Source: Alphaproteobacteria bacterium (GTDB lineage: Bacteria > Pseudomonadota > Alphaproteobacteria > UBA9219). From it: a stretch of 64,000 nucleotides of DNA. The position numbers and the translations under genes were made by a program. The notes below the pieces were generated by a model, which did not search any database, was not told the origin of the DNA, and worked only from the letters and a program-made list of their open reading frames with translations. Positions 7,709-16,084 of the stretch are shown in pieces (the first letter of the stretch is position 1; every line of letters begins with the position of its first letter). The DNA lies in the NCBI GenBank assembly GCA_009779135.1, contig WREW01000001.1, positions 784 to 64,783 of the forward strand. Direction: 5' to 3'.

Positions 7709-10087
7709 CTACGTCTCTTTCCCGCCCAGCCCCTTATTGATTTTCTCGGCCATATTTTCGAGATAAGCCGACAAATCCTCAGGAAGCTTGAGTTTGCTGA
7801 CATCCTCGCCTTCATCCTCAAGCTCCACTTGCGGCACGATGGCTGTGTCAATATCATGCGGCACATAGCCGCGCGGAATCTCAACATCGCCAAGCGAACT
7901 GCCCTCGGCGCTTTCTTGGGCTTTGGCCGCTTGAGCCGGAGGCTCAACAACAGCTTCTTCCGTAAACTCTTCATCCTGCCATGATGCTGTCACAGGGCGC
8001 GCGCTTTTGGGTTTTTCTGTTTTGACCTGATCTTGCTCTTCCTCCACATCAATTATTTTTTGCGGCGTTTCGCCGATAACTTGAGGAAGCCCGCCGACAC
8101 TTATCATACCGGCCTGCGTCATATCCAGCCCCTCCTGCTGGCACGCCGCCATGGTGCGCGCGACAAAAGCAACCTCCTGCGGCGTTTTTGCCGCCGGTGC
8201 CGCAGAAAGCGCCCGCCAGTCGGGATCATTCAAGCGGGCCGCAACTTCCGTGATGGCCCGCTCACGCCGCAAAGTCAAAGGCGTTGTCGGCGGCACAGGC
8301 AAAAGCTTGTGAACGCGCAAAGCGCCGACCTTCTCCGCCACGGCATAAAACATGCGCGCGCGCGCAAGCCATTCGGAGAAATAAAGATGCACCTCGCCCT
8401 CGCGCTGGTTGCGCAGATGGTCATAATCCGCGCGCACGCGAGGCGTGGCCAAAGAGGCCCCAAGATTGTCAACAAACGGATTGGTCAGGAACATGCCCGC
8501 CATTGACTCGGGCTTGGCGGCAAAGCTTGTGGATTCCATCACAAAGTTTGTCCCCGTATGATCCATAAAGAACTTTTTCGTATCGCCCGGATCTTCAAGC
8601 TTGCCGAAGATTTTAAGGTTACAGTTGGCCAGAATGGAATCCGCTTCCTGCTTGATGCGCTTTTGCATCGAAGGAAGATCTTGCGCGGCAAAAATCAAAG
8701 AAAAGCCCAAAGACCGCGCCTGCGCCGCCATCACAGCCATGCCGGGCGCGGTGTAATAACCGACCTCGTCAAACACGGCCATAAAGGAAGATTGTGAACG
8801 GGTCTGCTTGCTTCCAATCGCGTTTTCCCAGCTTCCCTCAACCGTGTTGCCAAGCGTGGCGCCCATCATGCCTTTAAGGCTGGCCACAACAATCTTGCCG
8901 AGATTTGCCGCTTCATCGCCTGATTTTTCCAAAGCAGGAATAAGACAGACAAGAATGCGGCGGTTGAGCACAATATCCAAAACATCCACATCCGCAAGCT
9001 GCGCCTTGAAGATATAGCCATATTCATCCGCCAGCGATTGCAAGGAGCGCGTAAACTGCATGGACAGATAACCATGCTGCTGGCGCGCAACCTGAAGATC
9101 ATACATGGGCTGGTCGGCTGTCGGCGGACGCTCATTGCCTTCATCATCAAACGCCGCGTCAATATAGCCCGGCAGCGTGCGCAAATAGCCCTCAAGCGCC
9201 TTGACGATACGCTCAGGCAAAGAAGGATCGCGCGAAAGGCGGATAATGGCGGGAAGCTCGATATAATCACGCAAAGTGCCGACATCCAGAAGGAGTCCTG
9301 TCTTGTCGCGCTTCCATGTCAGCGCCGGCATTAAAGCGCCCATCAGCGCCACAGCGCGCTCTTTCCACATGGCGTTGTCGCCGCCGGCATCAGGCATCAA
9401 AGAAACGACCATATTGGTCAGATAAGATGCCGAACCATTGGAAAACGGGTTCATCGTATTGGACGCCGCGCCGCTGTCCGAGTTTGCCGTCATATAGTTC
9501 AAAACAAGAAGGTCATCATCCCGCCCGAACCGCCGCGCAAGCGCAAAAAGCGACGCCCATAAATCCGTATCCGCCTTGCCGTCAATATAAACAAAGCCAG
9601 ATCCCCAAGTCAGCGCATTCACAACAAGAGATTTCAACCCTTCCGTTTTGCCCGAGCCTGTTGTGCCCAGAAAAAGAATATGGGTGCGCGCATCCGTGTT
9701 GGTCAGCCAAAGCTCCCGCCCGTGATCGGGGTGACCGGCTTCATCCACATTGCCGATATATAAAATACCGTCCGACTTTCCCGCGCCCGGACTGCCTGGT
9801 TTGGGATTATGCGGATCAGTCAAAGGCGCTGCGGCCCGAGGCATTTTAAACGGCAAAACAACCGGCGTTTTCAAAACCCATTTGGCATAAAGATAATAAA
9901 AAAGCATCACGATATCCGAGGCAACATGAACCTCCGGCATCGTGAACAACAACATGATCCAGATAAGCGAAACCGTTACCAGTGTCGTGGGGTCATTCCA
10001 ATATTCGGCAATGCGAACGGACGCAGGCCGGATATCACGCAAAATCTGGCTGCGGTAATTGACGGTGTGTTTGCTAAGAAGAACCAT
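7709..10087 (-). CDS. icmO: Type IVB secretion coupling protein IcmO/DotL (TrbC-like)
   Basis: N-terminal TM segments, Walker A GTTGSGKT, YIDGKAD, MWKERA, Walker B FDEVGYY, AQARSLGFS, and an acidic C-terminal tail. Confidence 0.88.
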   Translation of the reverse strand: MVLLSKHTVNYRSQILRDIRPASVRIAEYWNDPTTLVTVSLIWIMLLFTMPEVHVASDIVMLFYYLYAKWVLKTPVVLPFKMPRAAAPLTDPHNPKPGSPGAGKSDGILYIGNVDEAGHPDHGRELWLTNTDARTHILFLGTTGSGKTEGLKSLVVNALTWGSGFVYIDGKADTDLWASLFALARRFGRDDDLLVLNYMTANSDSGAASNTMNPFSNGSASYLTNMVVSLMPDAGGDNAMWKERAVALMGALMPALTWKRDKTGLLLDVGTLRDYIELPAIIRLSRDPSLPERIVKALEGYLRTLPGYIDAAFDDEGNERPPTADQPMYDLQVARQQHGYLSMQFTRSLQSLADEYGYIFKAQLADVDVLDIVLNRRILVCLIPALEKSGDEAANLGKIVVASLKGMMGATLGNTVEGSWENAIGSKQTRSQSSFMAVFDEVGYYTAPGMAVMAAQARSLGFSLIFAAQDLPSMQKRIKQEADSILANCNLKIFGKLEDPGDTKKFFMDHTGTNFVMESTSFAAKPESMAGMFLTNPFVDNLGASLATPRVRADYDHLRNQREGEVHLYFSEWLARARMFYAVAEKVGALRVHKLLPVPPTTPLTLRRERAITEVAARLNDPDWRALSAAPAAKTPQEVAFVARTMAACQQEGLDMTQAGMISVGGLPQVIGETPQKIIDVEEEQDQVKTEKPKSARPVTASWQDEEFTEEAVVEPPAQAAKAQESAEGSSLGDVEIPRGYVPHDIDTAIVPQVELEDEGEDVSKLKLPEDLSAYLENMAEKINKGLGGKET

Positions 10088-10107
10088 ACGCCGCTATCCC
10101 TCTGCCG

Positions 10108-10620
10108 TCACGGTCTTGACGGCGCCAAAAAATCATCCGCAGACACCGGCTGCCCCGTCGGAAGCCCAAGCGCCCGCTGAACCGTTGCTTTTGCGGGCTT
10201 CACAGACTCGTTTTTGCTCCCGATCATCACCGCGCCCGTAAAGACAAAAAACACCAGCAAACCGCTTAACAAAAGCAACAAAAAAGAAGACAGGGCGCGA
10301 TGGATTCTTCTGCCCCACCGCTTGCCGCTTGTCGAACCCCTCAGCAACGCCCTTTGTATGGCGCGCAAAGCCTCTTCAGCTTCAAACTTTTCATCAAAAT
10401 AAGCGCGGGCGACAAAATGGTTTTTTTCATCCGCATAGCCAAGGGCCCATCCCTCGCCTTGCGGCGCAAGCATCAAAGTCAGATGCTGAACTTCACCCAG
10501 ATTGACAAACCAGCTTTGTGCCATTTTGGGGCCGCGCGTCATCACAAGGAGACCGGCATGGCGCCCCCAACAACGGACTTTTGCTTTAAAAGAGACTGTT
10601 TTCTCCGTGTGCGTCAGCAT
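10108..10620 (-). CDS. Hypothetical single-pass membrane protein between icmP and icmO
   Basis: 170 aa, RBS GGGAGA, hydrophobic helix near the C-terminus, ends GLPTGQPVSADDFL; tight operon spacing. Confidence 0.7.
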   Translation of the reverse strand: MLTHTEKTVSFKAKVRCWGRHAGLLVMTRGPKMAQSWFVNLGEVQHLTLMLAPQGEGWALGYADEKNHFVARAYFDEKFEAEEALRAIQRALLRGSTSGKRWGRRIHRALSSFLLLLLSGLLVFFVFTGAVMIGSKNESVKPAKATVQRALGLPTGQPVSADDFLAPSRP

Positions 10621-10644
10621 GTTGTCTTCTCCCTTCTCCTCATT

Positions 10645-11880
10645 TTACGTCCGCTTGGCACCTTGGCGCGGCGGCACGACAACCGGTTCATCGCCGCTCA
10701 TATACACATTAAGCGTGATAATGGCTGTATCAAGTCGCGGCGTCGGCAAGGCTTTTTCAGCAGCCGTCTCAGCCATAAAATGCGCCACGGCACCCGCCCC
10801 TTCCGTATGAAAAGAGCGGCGACCGAGATTGTTCAAAGAATACCAAAGTTCACGATCCACGCCGCGCAGCCATAAAAACTGCGCCGAAGCCAGAACGCCG
10901 CCCATAAACCGCGCCCATTTAAGAAGCCCTAAAAGTGCCGTGGTGCGATAAGCATGGCGTGCCACAACCTCAAGCGCCTTGCCGCCCACTTCGGGATCTT
11001 TCAGAATCGCGCGCGCTTTGGATACAATCTCAGCCGAAGGCTTAAACCCCGTTTTGTCCGTCCAGAATGTGGAGATCTGGCCTAAAAACTCATCACTTTC
11101 ATCACGTTTCTGCACGCCTTTAAGAGCAAAAGCCGCTGCCAGCAACTGCATGTGAACAGGCAACCCCGCAAACCCGTTCCAGCGCGGGCCAAGCTGCGCA
11201 AGAAAGGCCCGCCGCGCCGCTTCGCGGTCAGGCACGCCATTCACAACCGCGATGCGATGATAGGACAGCCATTCTTCCGGCGCAAACGCCTCAGCAAAAA
11301 GAGGCGTCTTCTCCGGCATGGGCGACCCAAGAATGCGCGCGCTGGCTTTGGCCGGATTAAAGTTCGCAACCGGCGAAATGACCGGCCATATTTTGGCCTG
11401 CGCGCGGATAAAGGTCTCAAGATTAAAGCGCGTTTTAAACAAATTGCGTGGCGACATGAATGTGCCATAGACCGCAACAAGCAAACAAACAGGCGCAATA
11501 AGCCAGCGCGTATATTGTCCGATATAAAGACTAATAACCTTCATACTGGAGCCCGTTATATTGTAAAAATCGTAAGCCATGCCCTGCCGCGCAAATACCA
11601 CAAAACTTTCCGTGCCAAAGCACCGATAAGCCGCCTGCGCCACTTCCTCGCTGACCCTGTTCTCATTTCCTATCTGGGCGATGTAAAGCCAATGCGCGCA
11701 GTCTTTGGCGCGCGTGTCAACGGGCGCCAGCATCCAAAGCTCAATCAAACGCAGCCAGCGCAAGGCTTCAAGGATTTCGACATTCCAATAATGCCAGATT
11801 GCCCATCCTATCCCGAACAGGAATGCCAGCATGATGAAAAAAAGGGCTGAAGCATCTTCTTGTTGAGGGCTGTTCGCCAT
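10645..11880 (-). CDS. icmP: Type IVB secretion protein IcmP/DotM (TrbA-like)
   Basis: N-terminal TM helices, WPVISPV, PEEW, FLAQLGPRW, GVLASAQFLWLRGVDRELWYSLNNLGR and EGAGAVAHF. Start trimmed to MANSP. Confidence 0.88.
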   Translation of the reverse strand: MANSPQQEDASALFFIMLAFLFGIGWAIWHYWNVEILEALRWLRLIELWMLAPVDTRAKDCAHWLYIAQIGNENRVSEEVAQAAYRCFGTESFVVFARQGMAYDFYNITGSSMKVISLYIGQYTRWLIAPVCLLVAVYGTFMSPRNLFKTRFNLETFIRAQAKIWPVISPVANFNPAKASARILGSPMPEKTPLFAEAFAPEEWLSYHRIAVVNGVPDREAARRAFLAQLGPRWNGFAGLPVHMQLLAAAFALKGVQKRDESDEFLGQISTFWTDKTGFKPSAEIVSKARAILKDPEVGGKALEVVARHAYRTTALLGLLKWARFMGGVLASAQFLWLRGVDRELWYSLNNLGRRSFHTEGAGAVAHFMAETAAEKALPTPRLDTAIITLNVYMSGDEPVVVPPRQGAKRT

Positions 11881-12047
11881 AGATCTATATCCTGCCGTTG
11901 CAAGCCTCATAGCAGAGCCTACCCAAGCCTTGCCATGAAAAGCCTTCAAAAAAGGTTAAAAGAGAATGCCCCCGCCAAATACTTGCAGCAATCTTTTTAT
12001 CACAAAAGACCCTTGGAAAAAAGCGCCGGATTAACCATGAAAAGCCC

Positions 12048-15032
12048 TTATTTTTCCGAAAAATAGAGTCTATGGGCATTATTGACCAGCTCCTGCGCCA
12101 ATTCCTTGATAATAAAGCTTGTGGAGGCGGTTTCAATTTCCCCCTTCGCGGTACGGTCCGAAATGCGGCTTTTGATTTCATTCCGCACCGAGCCGGTCGG
12201 GTAAAACTGGGCCAAAATCCGTCTGGCCATAGGCGCACCCAAAGCCTCATAAAGGCGTGAGCGTAGAGCCACATCCTCCCCCGAGGTGGAAAGCGCCCAA
12301 AGCTCAACAGGCCCTAAAGTGTTGACCAGCCACTGCTCATAGCGGCCTTCCGTTGTGTTGAACACCAGCAAAAACGGCGCGCCATAACTGCGAGGCCCCA
12401 TCAACTGATACCGCATCGCCCATTGCGCCTTTTCGGAAAGGCTGAACAGTTCCGCCGTGGTCGTGATCGCGCGGTCTGAAGCCGCCGAGCCGCAAATCCA
12501 GATGCCTGTGGCCAGATCGATCATGTCGTTGCTGAAATCCTCCAAAAGCTGCGAAGCAAGAACAATCTCCACTTTCCATTTACGGCCTTCGCGCACGTCA
12601 CGCATGACCTGCGCGCGCACGCCCGGGGTTTTGCTGGTGCGGTGAAACTCATCATAACAAAGTTTTTTGGGGCTTTCTTGCATATCACGCAAACGATTCT
12701 CGTGATAGGGGCGGTATTTTTCAGGCATCATGCGCAAAGAGTCCTGCCCAAGCCACCACGCGCGAACCAGCACATGGCGCGCAAGCATATACATCACCGC
12801 CGTCTGGCGATCCGCGCTGTCATCGCCTTGGGGCGCAACATCCTGCAAATCAACCGCCGCGATGCGTGTCGCGCCAAGGTCAAAACGTGTGATTGAGGCC
12901 AAAATAGGAAACTCCCGCACAGCCGAGGCGATCATACGGTCAAAGGCGTGAATGATGGACTCGGCTGAAGTGCCGATAGAGGTTTCCTCCAAAAGCGCGC
13001 GAATCTGCGGACGACGCGCCGCCGTGACGGCATCCGCCAAAGTCGGCACAGCATGGCGCTGGGCAAGGGTGCAGGCATGAAAATCCCCGATTTCATACAA
13101 AGCATCCACAACATCCCACCAGTAAGGATCGACAGGAAGATGAACATTATATTGTTTGAGAACCTCATCCACCTCAAGCTCGACATTGATGAGGTAGGGC
13201 CGAGGCTCGGCATTGGCGCCGGCATCATCGCGCCAGCGATACATCTCATCCACGCAAAGCCCTACCAGCTGCGCCATGCCGTCATAAGGCATTTTTTGTC
13301 CGGGCGAGGTACAAATCAGCGTTAAAAGCTCAATCAGATAGGCGCGCTCTTCAGGCAGCGGGAAGCGGCATCCGAGCTGTGTATCAAAAGGATTGATGGC
13401 ATATTCAGGCGTCATTTTAAGCTTGAAATGCGTGACCTCATGCCGCCTGTTGACCGGAAGGGCGTCCTTAATCAGAGAAATCAACCCCGACGAAGAGGGG
13501 CCGATATCCAAAATCGCTATATAAGGCAGGCCGCCACGTCCTGTTGACAACACAGTGCCAAGGTTCAGGGTATTAAGCAAAACGGACTTACCCATGCCCG
13601 GCTGCGCAAAAATCAAATCAAACCAAGATGTCGTCAAGCCGCTCCCCGGCTGATAGGGCCAGACGCGCCCATCCGGCGTACGAAAAGTAACAGAGCCTTC
13701 ACGGAAGGGCGAAGATCCTCTCTGCCACGGCAAAAGCTTGATAACCTCCCTAAGCGGCGCCACCGCCGCCGGCGCAGTCGAAGCACAAGCAATGCCCAGC
13801 GCCGAGGAAAGCACCATCTCAAGCGGATCACCTCCCGCTGAAGAAGCCTGACAATAGCCCCAAGCCTCCAAAGCTTGCGTCAAAGTCGCCAAACGCGATT
13901 CCACAAGCTTGCGTTCACGAACAGGCGCGGAGGTGGCAAGTGAAACGCGCAGCCGCACAACAGGCTCGCTCTGCGCCATCTGTTGCAGAACCTTGAACGA
14001 CTCACGAATATCGCGGTTAATCGCGTTCGTCCATGCCAGAATACCGGCGGCAAAAGCCTGAAATGATGTGCTCTGCGCCCCGCCGCTTTCAATCAAAAAA
14101 GAAATACGGAACGGTATCTTCGCGTCACTAATAAGACGCTCAAGAAGCAGGTCAAATGACGAAGGCTCCGCCGGCCCCAAAGTCATATCAAGGCCAGCCC
14201 AGAGCAGCTCGCCGATCTGCACAACCGTGGGCGAAAGCACGGCGGCATCGCTTATGCAAAGCTGGCGGCGCAAAGATGGCCAGAGAATATCCGAAAGATC
14301 ATCTTTATCCTGCGGCGCGCGTGGCCGCAAAGGATCCCCCGGTACACAGGCGCGCCAAGTTTCATTGGACTGCACCGGATACATGCTGCGCCGGCAGGCG
14401 TTAAGCGACTCATGCACATCTAAAAGAGACACCCTCATCTGGAGTTCCCCAAGTGACGCAAGCATGGCCGTGACATAGCTTTTATGCTTTATGCGCAAAG
14501 GATCGAACACAGAGGTAGGATTTTGTGAATCCGTGGCGCGCGGCCATTTTTGACTTTTCTGCGAACGCGCAGCTTCCTTCAGATCGCTCTTGGTCACCGC
14601 GCCCGGGCGCGTCCAAAGCACAAAATAGATTTCTTCATGCGCCAGCCAATTAAGATAATGCTTCTGCCGGTTCGACAAAAGATCATCAAGATCAAGATCC
14701 ATGGCTTCGGCGGCGCTTGCGGTATTGCGCATGGCACGTTGCAGATCAAGCGCAGCCATCCCAGGATCGCGCATGAAATAAACCTGCAAGGCATAGCCCG
14801 GCCGGTCAAACCGCGCGCCGAGTTTAGTGGTAGCCATATCAACAAGCTGGACATAGTCCCGAGGGCCGATAATAAGCCTGTTGCCATGCACCTGAACAAA
14901 AGAAATCAAAGAGCCGTCACGCGCAACAAGCGTGTAATTATCATCCGCCGTTTCAAGCTGAACAAAAGATTCGATAGGCTGCTTGCCGAGCATCAGGATT
15001 GAAGCCAGAACACTATCGATAATATTGAGCAT
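12048..15032 (-). CDS. icmB: Type IVB secretion ATPase IcmB/DotO (VirB4/TraU-like)
   Basis: VLWTRP, Walker A AQPGMGKS, ILDIGPSSSGLI, INPFDTQLGCR, Walker B CYDEFHR, REGRKW, LGPVELWALST. Start trimmed to MLNII. Confidence 0.9.
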   Translation of the reverse strand: MLNIIDSVLASILMLGKQPIESFVQLETADDNYTLVARDGSLISFVQVHGNRLIIGPRDYVQLVDMATTKLGARFDRPGYALQVYFMRDPGMAALDLQRAMRNTASAAEAMDLDLDDLLSNRQKHYLNWLAHEEIYFVLWTRPGAVTKSDLKEAARSQKSQKWPRATDSQNPTSVFDPLRIKHKSYVTAMLASLGELQMRVSLLDVHESLNACRRSMYPVQSNETWRACVPGDPLRPRAPQDKDDLSDILWPSLRRQLCISDAAVLSPTVVQIGELLWAGLDMTLGPAEPSSFDLLLERLISDAKIPFRISFLIESGGAQSTSFQAFAAGILAWTNAINRDIRESFKVLQQMAQSEPVVRLRVSLATSAPVRERKLVESRLATLTQALEAWGYCQASSAGGDPLEMVLSSALGIACASTAPAAVAPLREVIKLLPWQRGSSPFREGSVTFRTPDGRVWPYQPGSGLTTSWFDLIFAQPGMGKSVLLNTLNLGTVLSTGRGGLPYIAILDIGPSSSGLISLIKDALPVNRRHEVTHFKLKMTPEYAINPFDTQLGCRFPLPEERAYLIELLTLICTSPGQKMPYDGMAQLVGLCVDEMYRWRDDAGANAEPRPYLINVELEVDEVLKQYNVHLPVDPYWWDVVDALYEIGDFHACTLAQRHAVPTLADAVTAARRPQIRALLEETSIGTSAESIIHAFDRMIASAVREFPILASITRFDLGATRIAAVDLQDVAPQGDDSADRQTAVMYMLARHVLVRAWWLGQDSLRMMPEKYRPYHENRLRDMQESPKKLCYDEFHRTSKTPGVRAQVMRDVREGRKWKVEIVLASQLLEDFSNDMIDLATGIWICGSAASDRAITTTAELFSLSEKAQWAMRYQLMGPRSYGAPFLLVFNTTEGRYEQWLVNTLGPVELWALSTSGEDVALRSRLYEALGAPMARRILAQFYPTGSVRNEIKSRISDRTAKGEIETASTSFIIKELAQELVNNAHRLYFSEK

Positions 15033-15195
15033 AGGAAGATTCCTGACAAGCGGCTCAAAGGGTAGCGAAGAAAACAAAACTGCACCTTCAAGAAGGCGCA
15101 GGGCAAAGATAGCCTCAAAAGCCTCACAAACGCAAGCCTTGGAACCCCTCTTTTCGGGCAAGGTTGCCCTTTTTCATGCGTGGCCGTTACGAAGC

Positions 15196-15232
15196 AAAAA
15201 CAAAAAGGCCGCAATGTCTGCACATTGCGGCC
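15196..15232 (-). terminator. Intrinsic terminator after pal
   Basis: GGCCGCAATGT-N4-ACATTGCGGCC 11-bp stem followed by a T-rich run on the minus strand. Confidence 0.8.
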
Positions 15233-15260
15233 CTTTTGAACTTAAAAAGCTTGAAACGGC

Positions 15261-15773
15261 TTATTCAACAATCACCGAAACAGCGCGGCGATTTTGCGCC
15301 CAGGCAGCCTCATTGCTGCCGGGAACGGCCGGAACTTCCTTGCCGTAGCTTACGGTGCGCAGACGCCCGCCATCAACACCGGCTGCAACCAGATAGTTGC
15401 GCGCCGCTGTGGCACGGCGTTCACCTAAAGCAAGGTTGTATTCGCGTGTGCCGCGTTCGTCCGTGTGGCCTTCAACTGTGACATTGACGGACGGATATTT
15501 GTTAAGCCAAGCCGCCTGACGATCCAGCGTGGCGCGAGCTTCCGCTGAAAGGTCATAACGATCAAACCCAAAGAAAACGCGATCGCCGACATTAACAACC
15601 AGATCATCTTGGCTGCCGGGACGAGCTGTCCCCAAACGCTGCGCATCCATACCGGCTGCGCCATCATAAGCGGACGCGCCTGAGCTTCCTGCTGTACCCT
15701 GATCTTCGCTGGATGTACCGCAAGCTGAAACCAAAACGAGCGCCGCCATAAGGCATAGATATTTTTTAAACAT
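15261..15773 (-). CDS. pal: Peptidoglycan-associated lipoprotein Pal
   Basis: Lipobox VSAC, GDRVFFGFD, EGHTDERGTREYNLALGERRA, SYGKE, QNRRA. Confidence 0.95.
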   Translation of the reverse strand: MFKKYLCLMAALVLVSACGTSSEDQGTAGSSGASAYDGAAGMDAQRLGTARPGSQDDLVVNVGDRVFFGFDRYDLSAEARATLDRQAAWLNKYPSVNVTVEGHTDERGTREYNLALGERRATAARNYLVAAGVDGGRLRTVSYGKEVPAVPGSNEAAWAQNRRAVSVIVE

Positions 15774-16084
15774 GACTTCCCCCTCGTGTGAACCTTTGGC
15801 GGTTAAATCAACTTTCTGTTTGTCAGAAGGTTGCTCTTGGCCAAGTTGATGAACAAAACTTATCAGCCGCGTCCAACCTGAACGCGACAAACCCCTATTG
15901 TCCTGAAAACAAACCGCTTTTACCGCGAATCGATTCGCCTTCAAAAACAACTTCATTTTCAAACTAGCCATTCTATCTTGATGAATCAAGATGGCTTACC
16001 GCCCGCGCCCCACCTTTTTCAACGAACAGCTGGGCCGTGGCGCGGGCGCAACAGGTCTGAAAACACACATGAAAATGTCTTATT

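Noticed and set aside
7555-15232. icm cluster as an ICE or conjugative island
   Set aside because: No integrase, relaxase, flanking direct repeats, tRNA site or visible compositional shift.
15261-15773. Pal as the DotK/IcmN lipoprotein of the type IVB system
   Set aside because: The sequence is canonical Pal and a strong terminator separates it from icmB; only its separation from tolB is mildly unusual.
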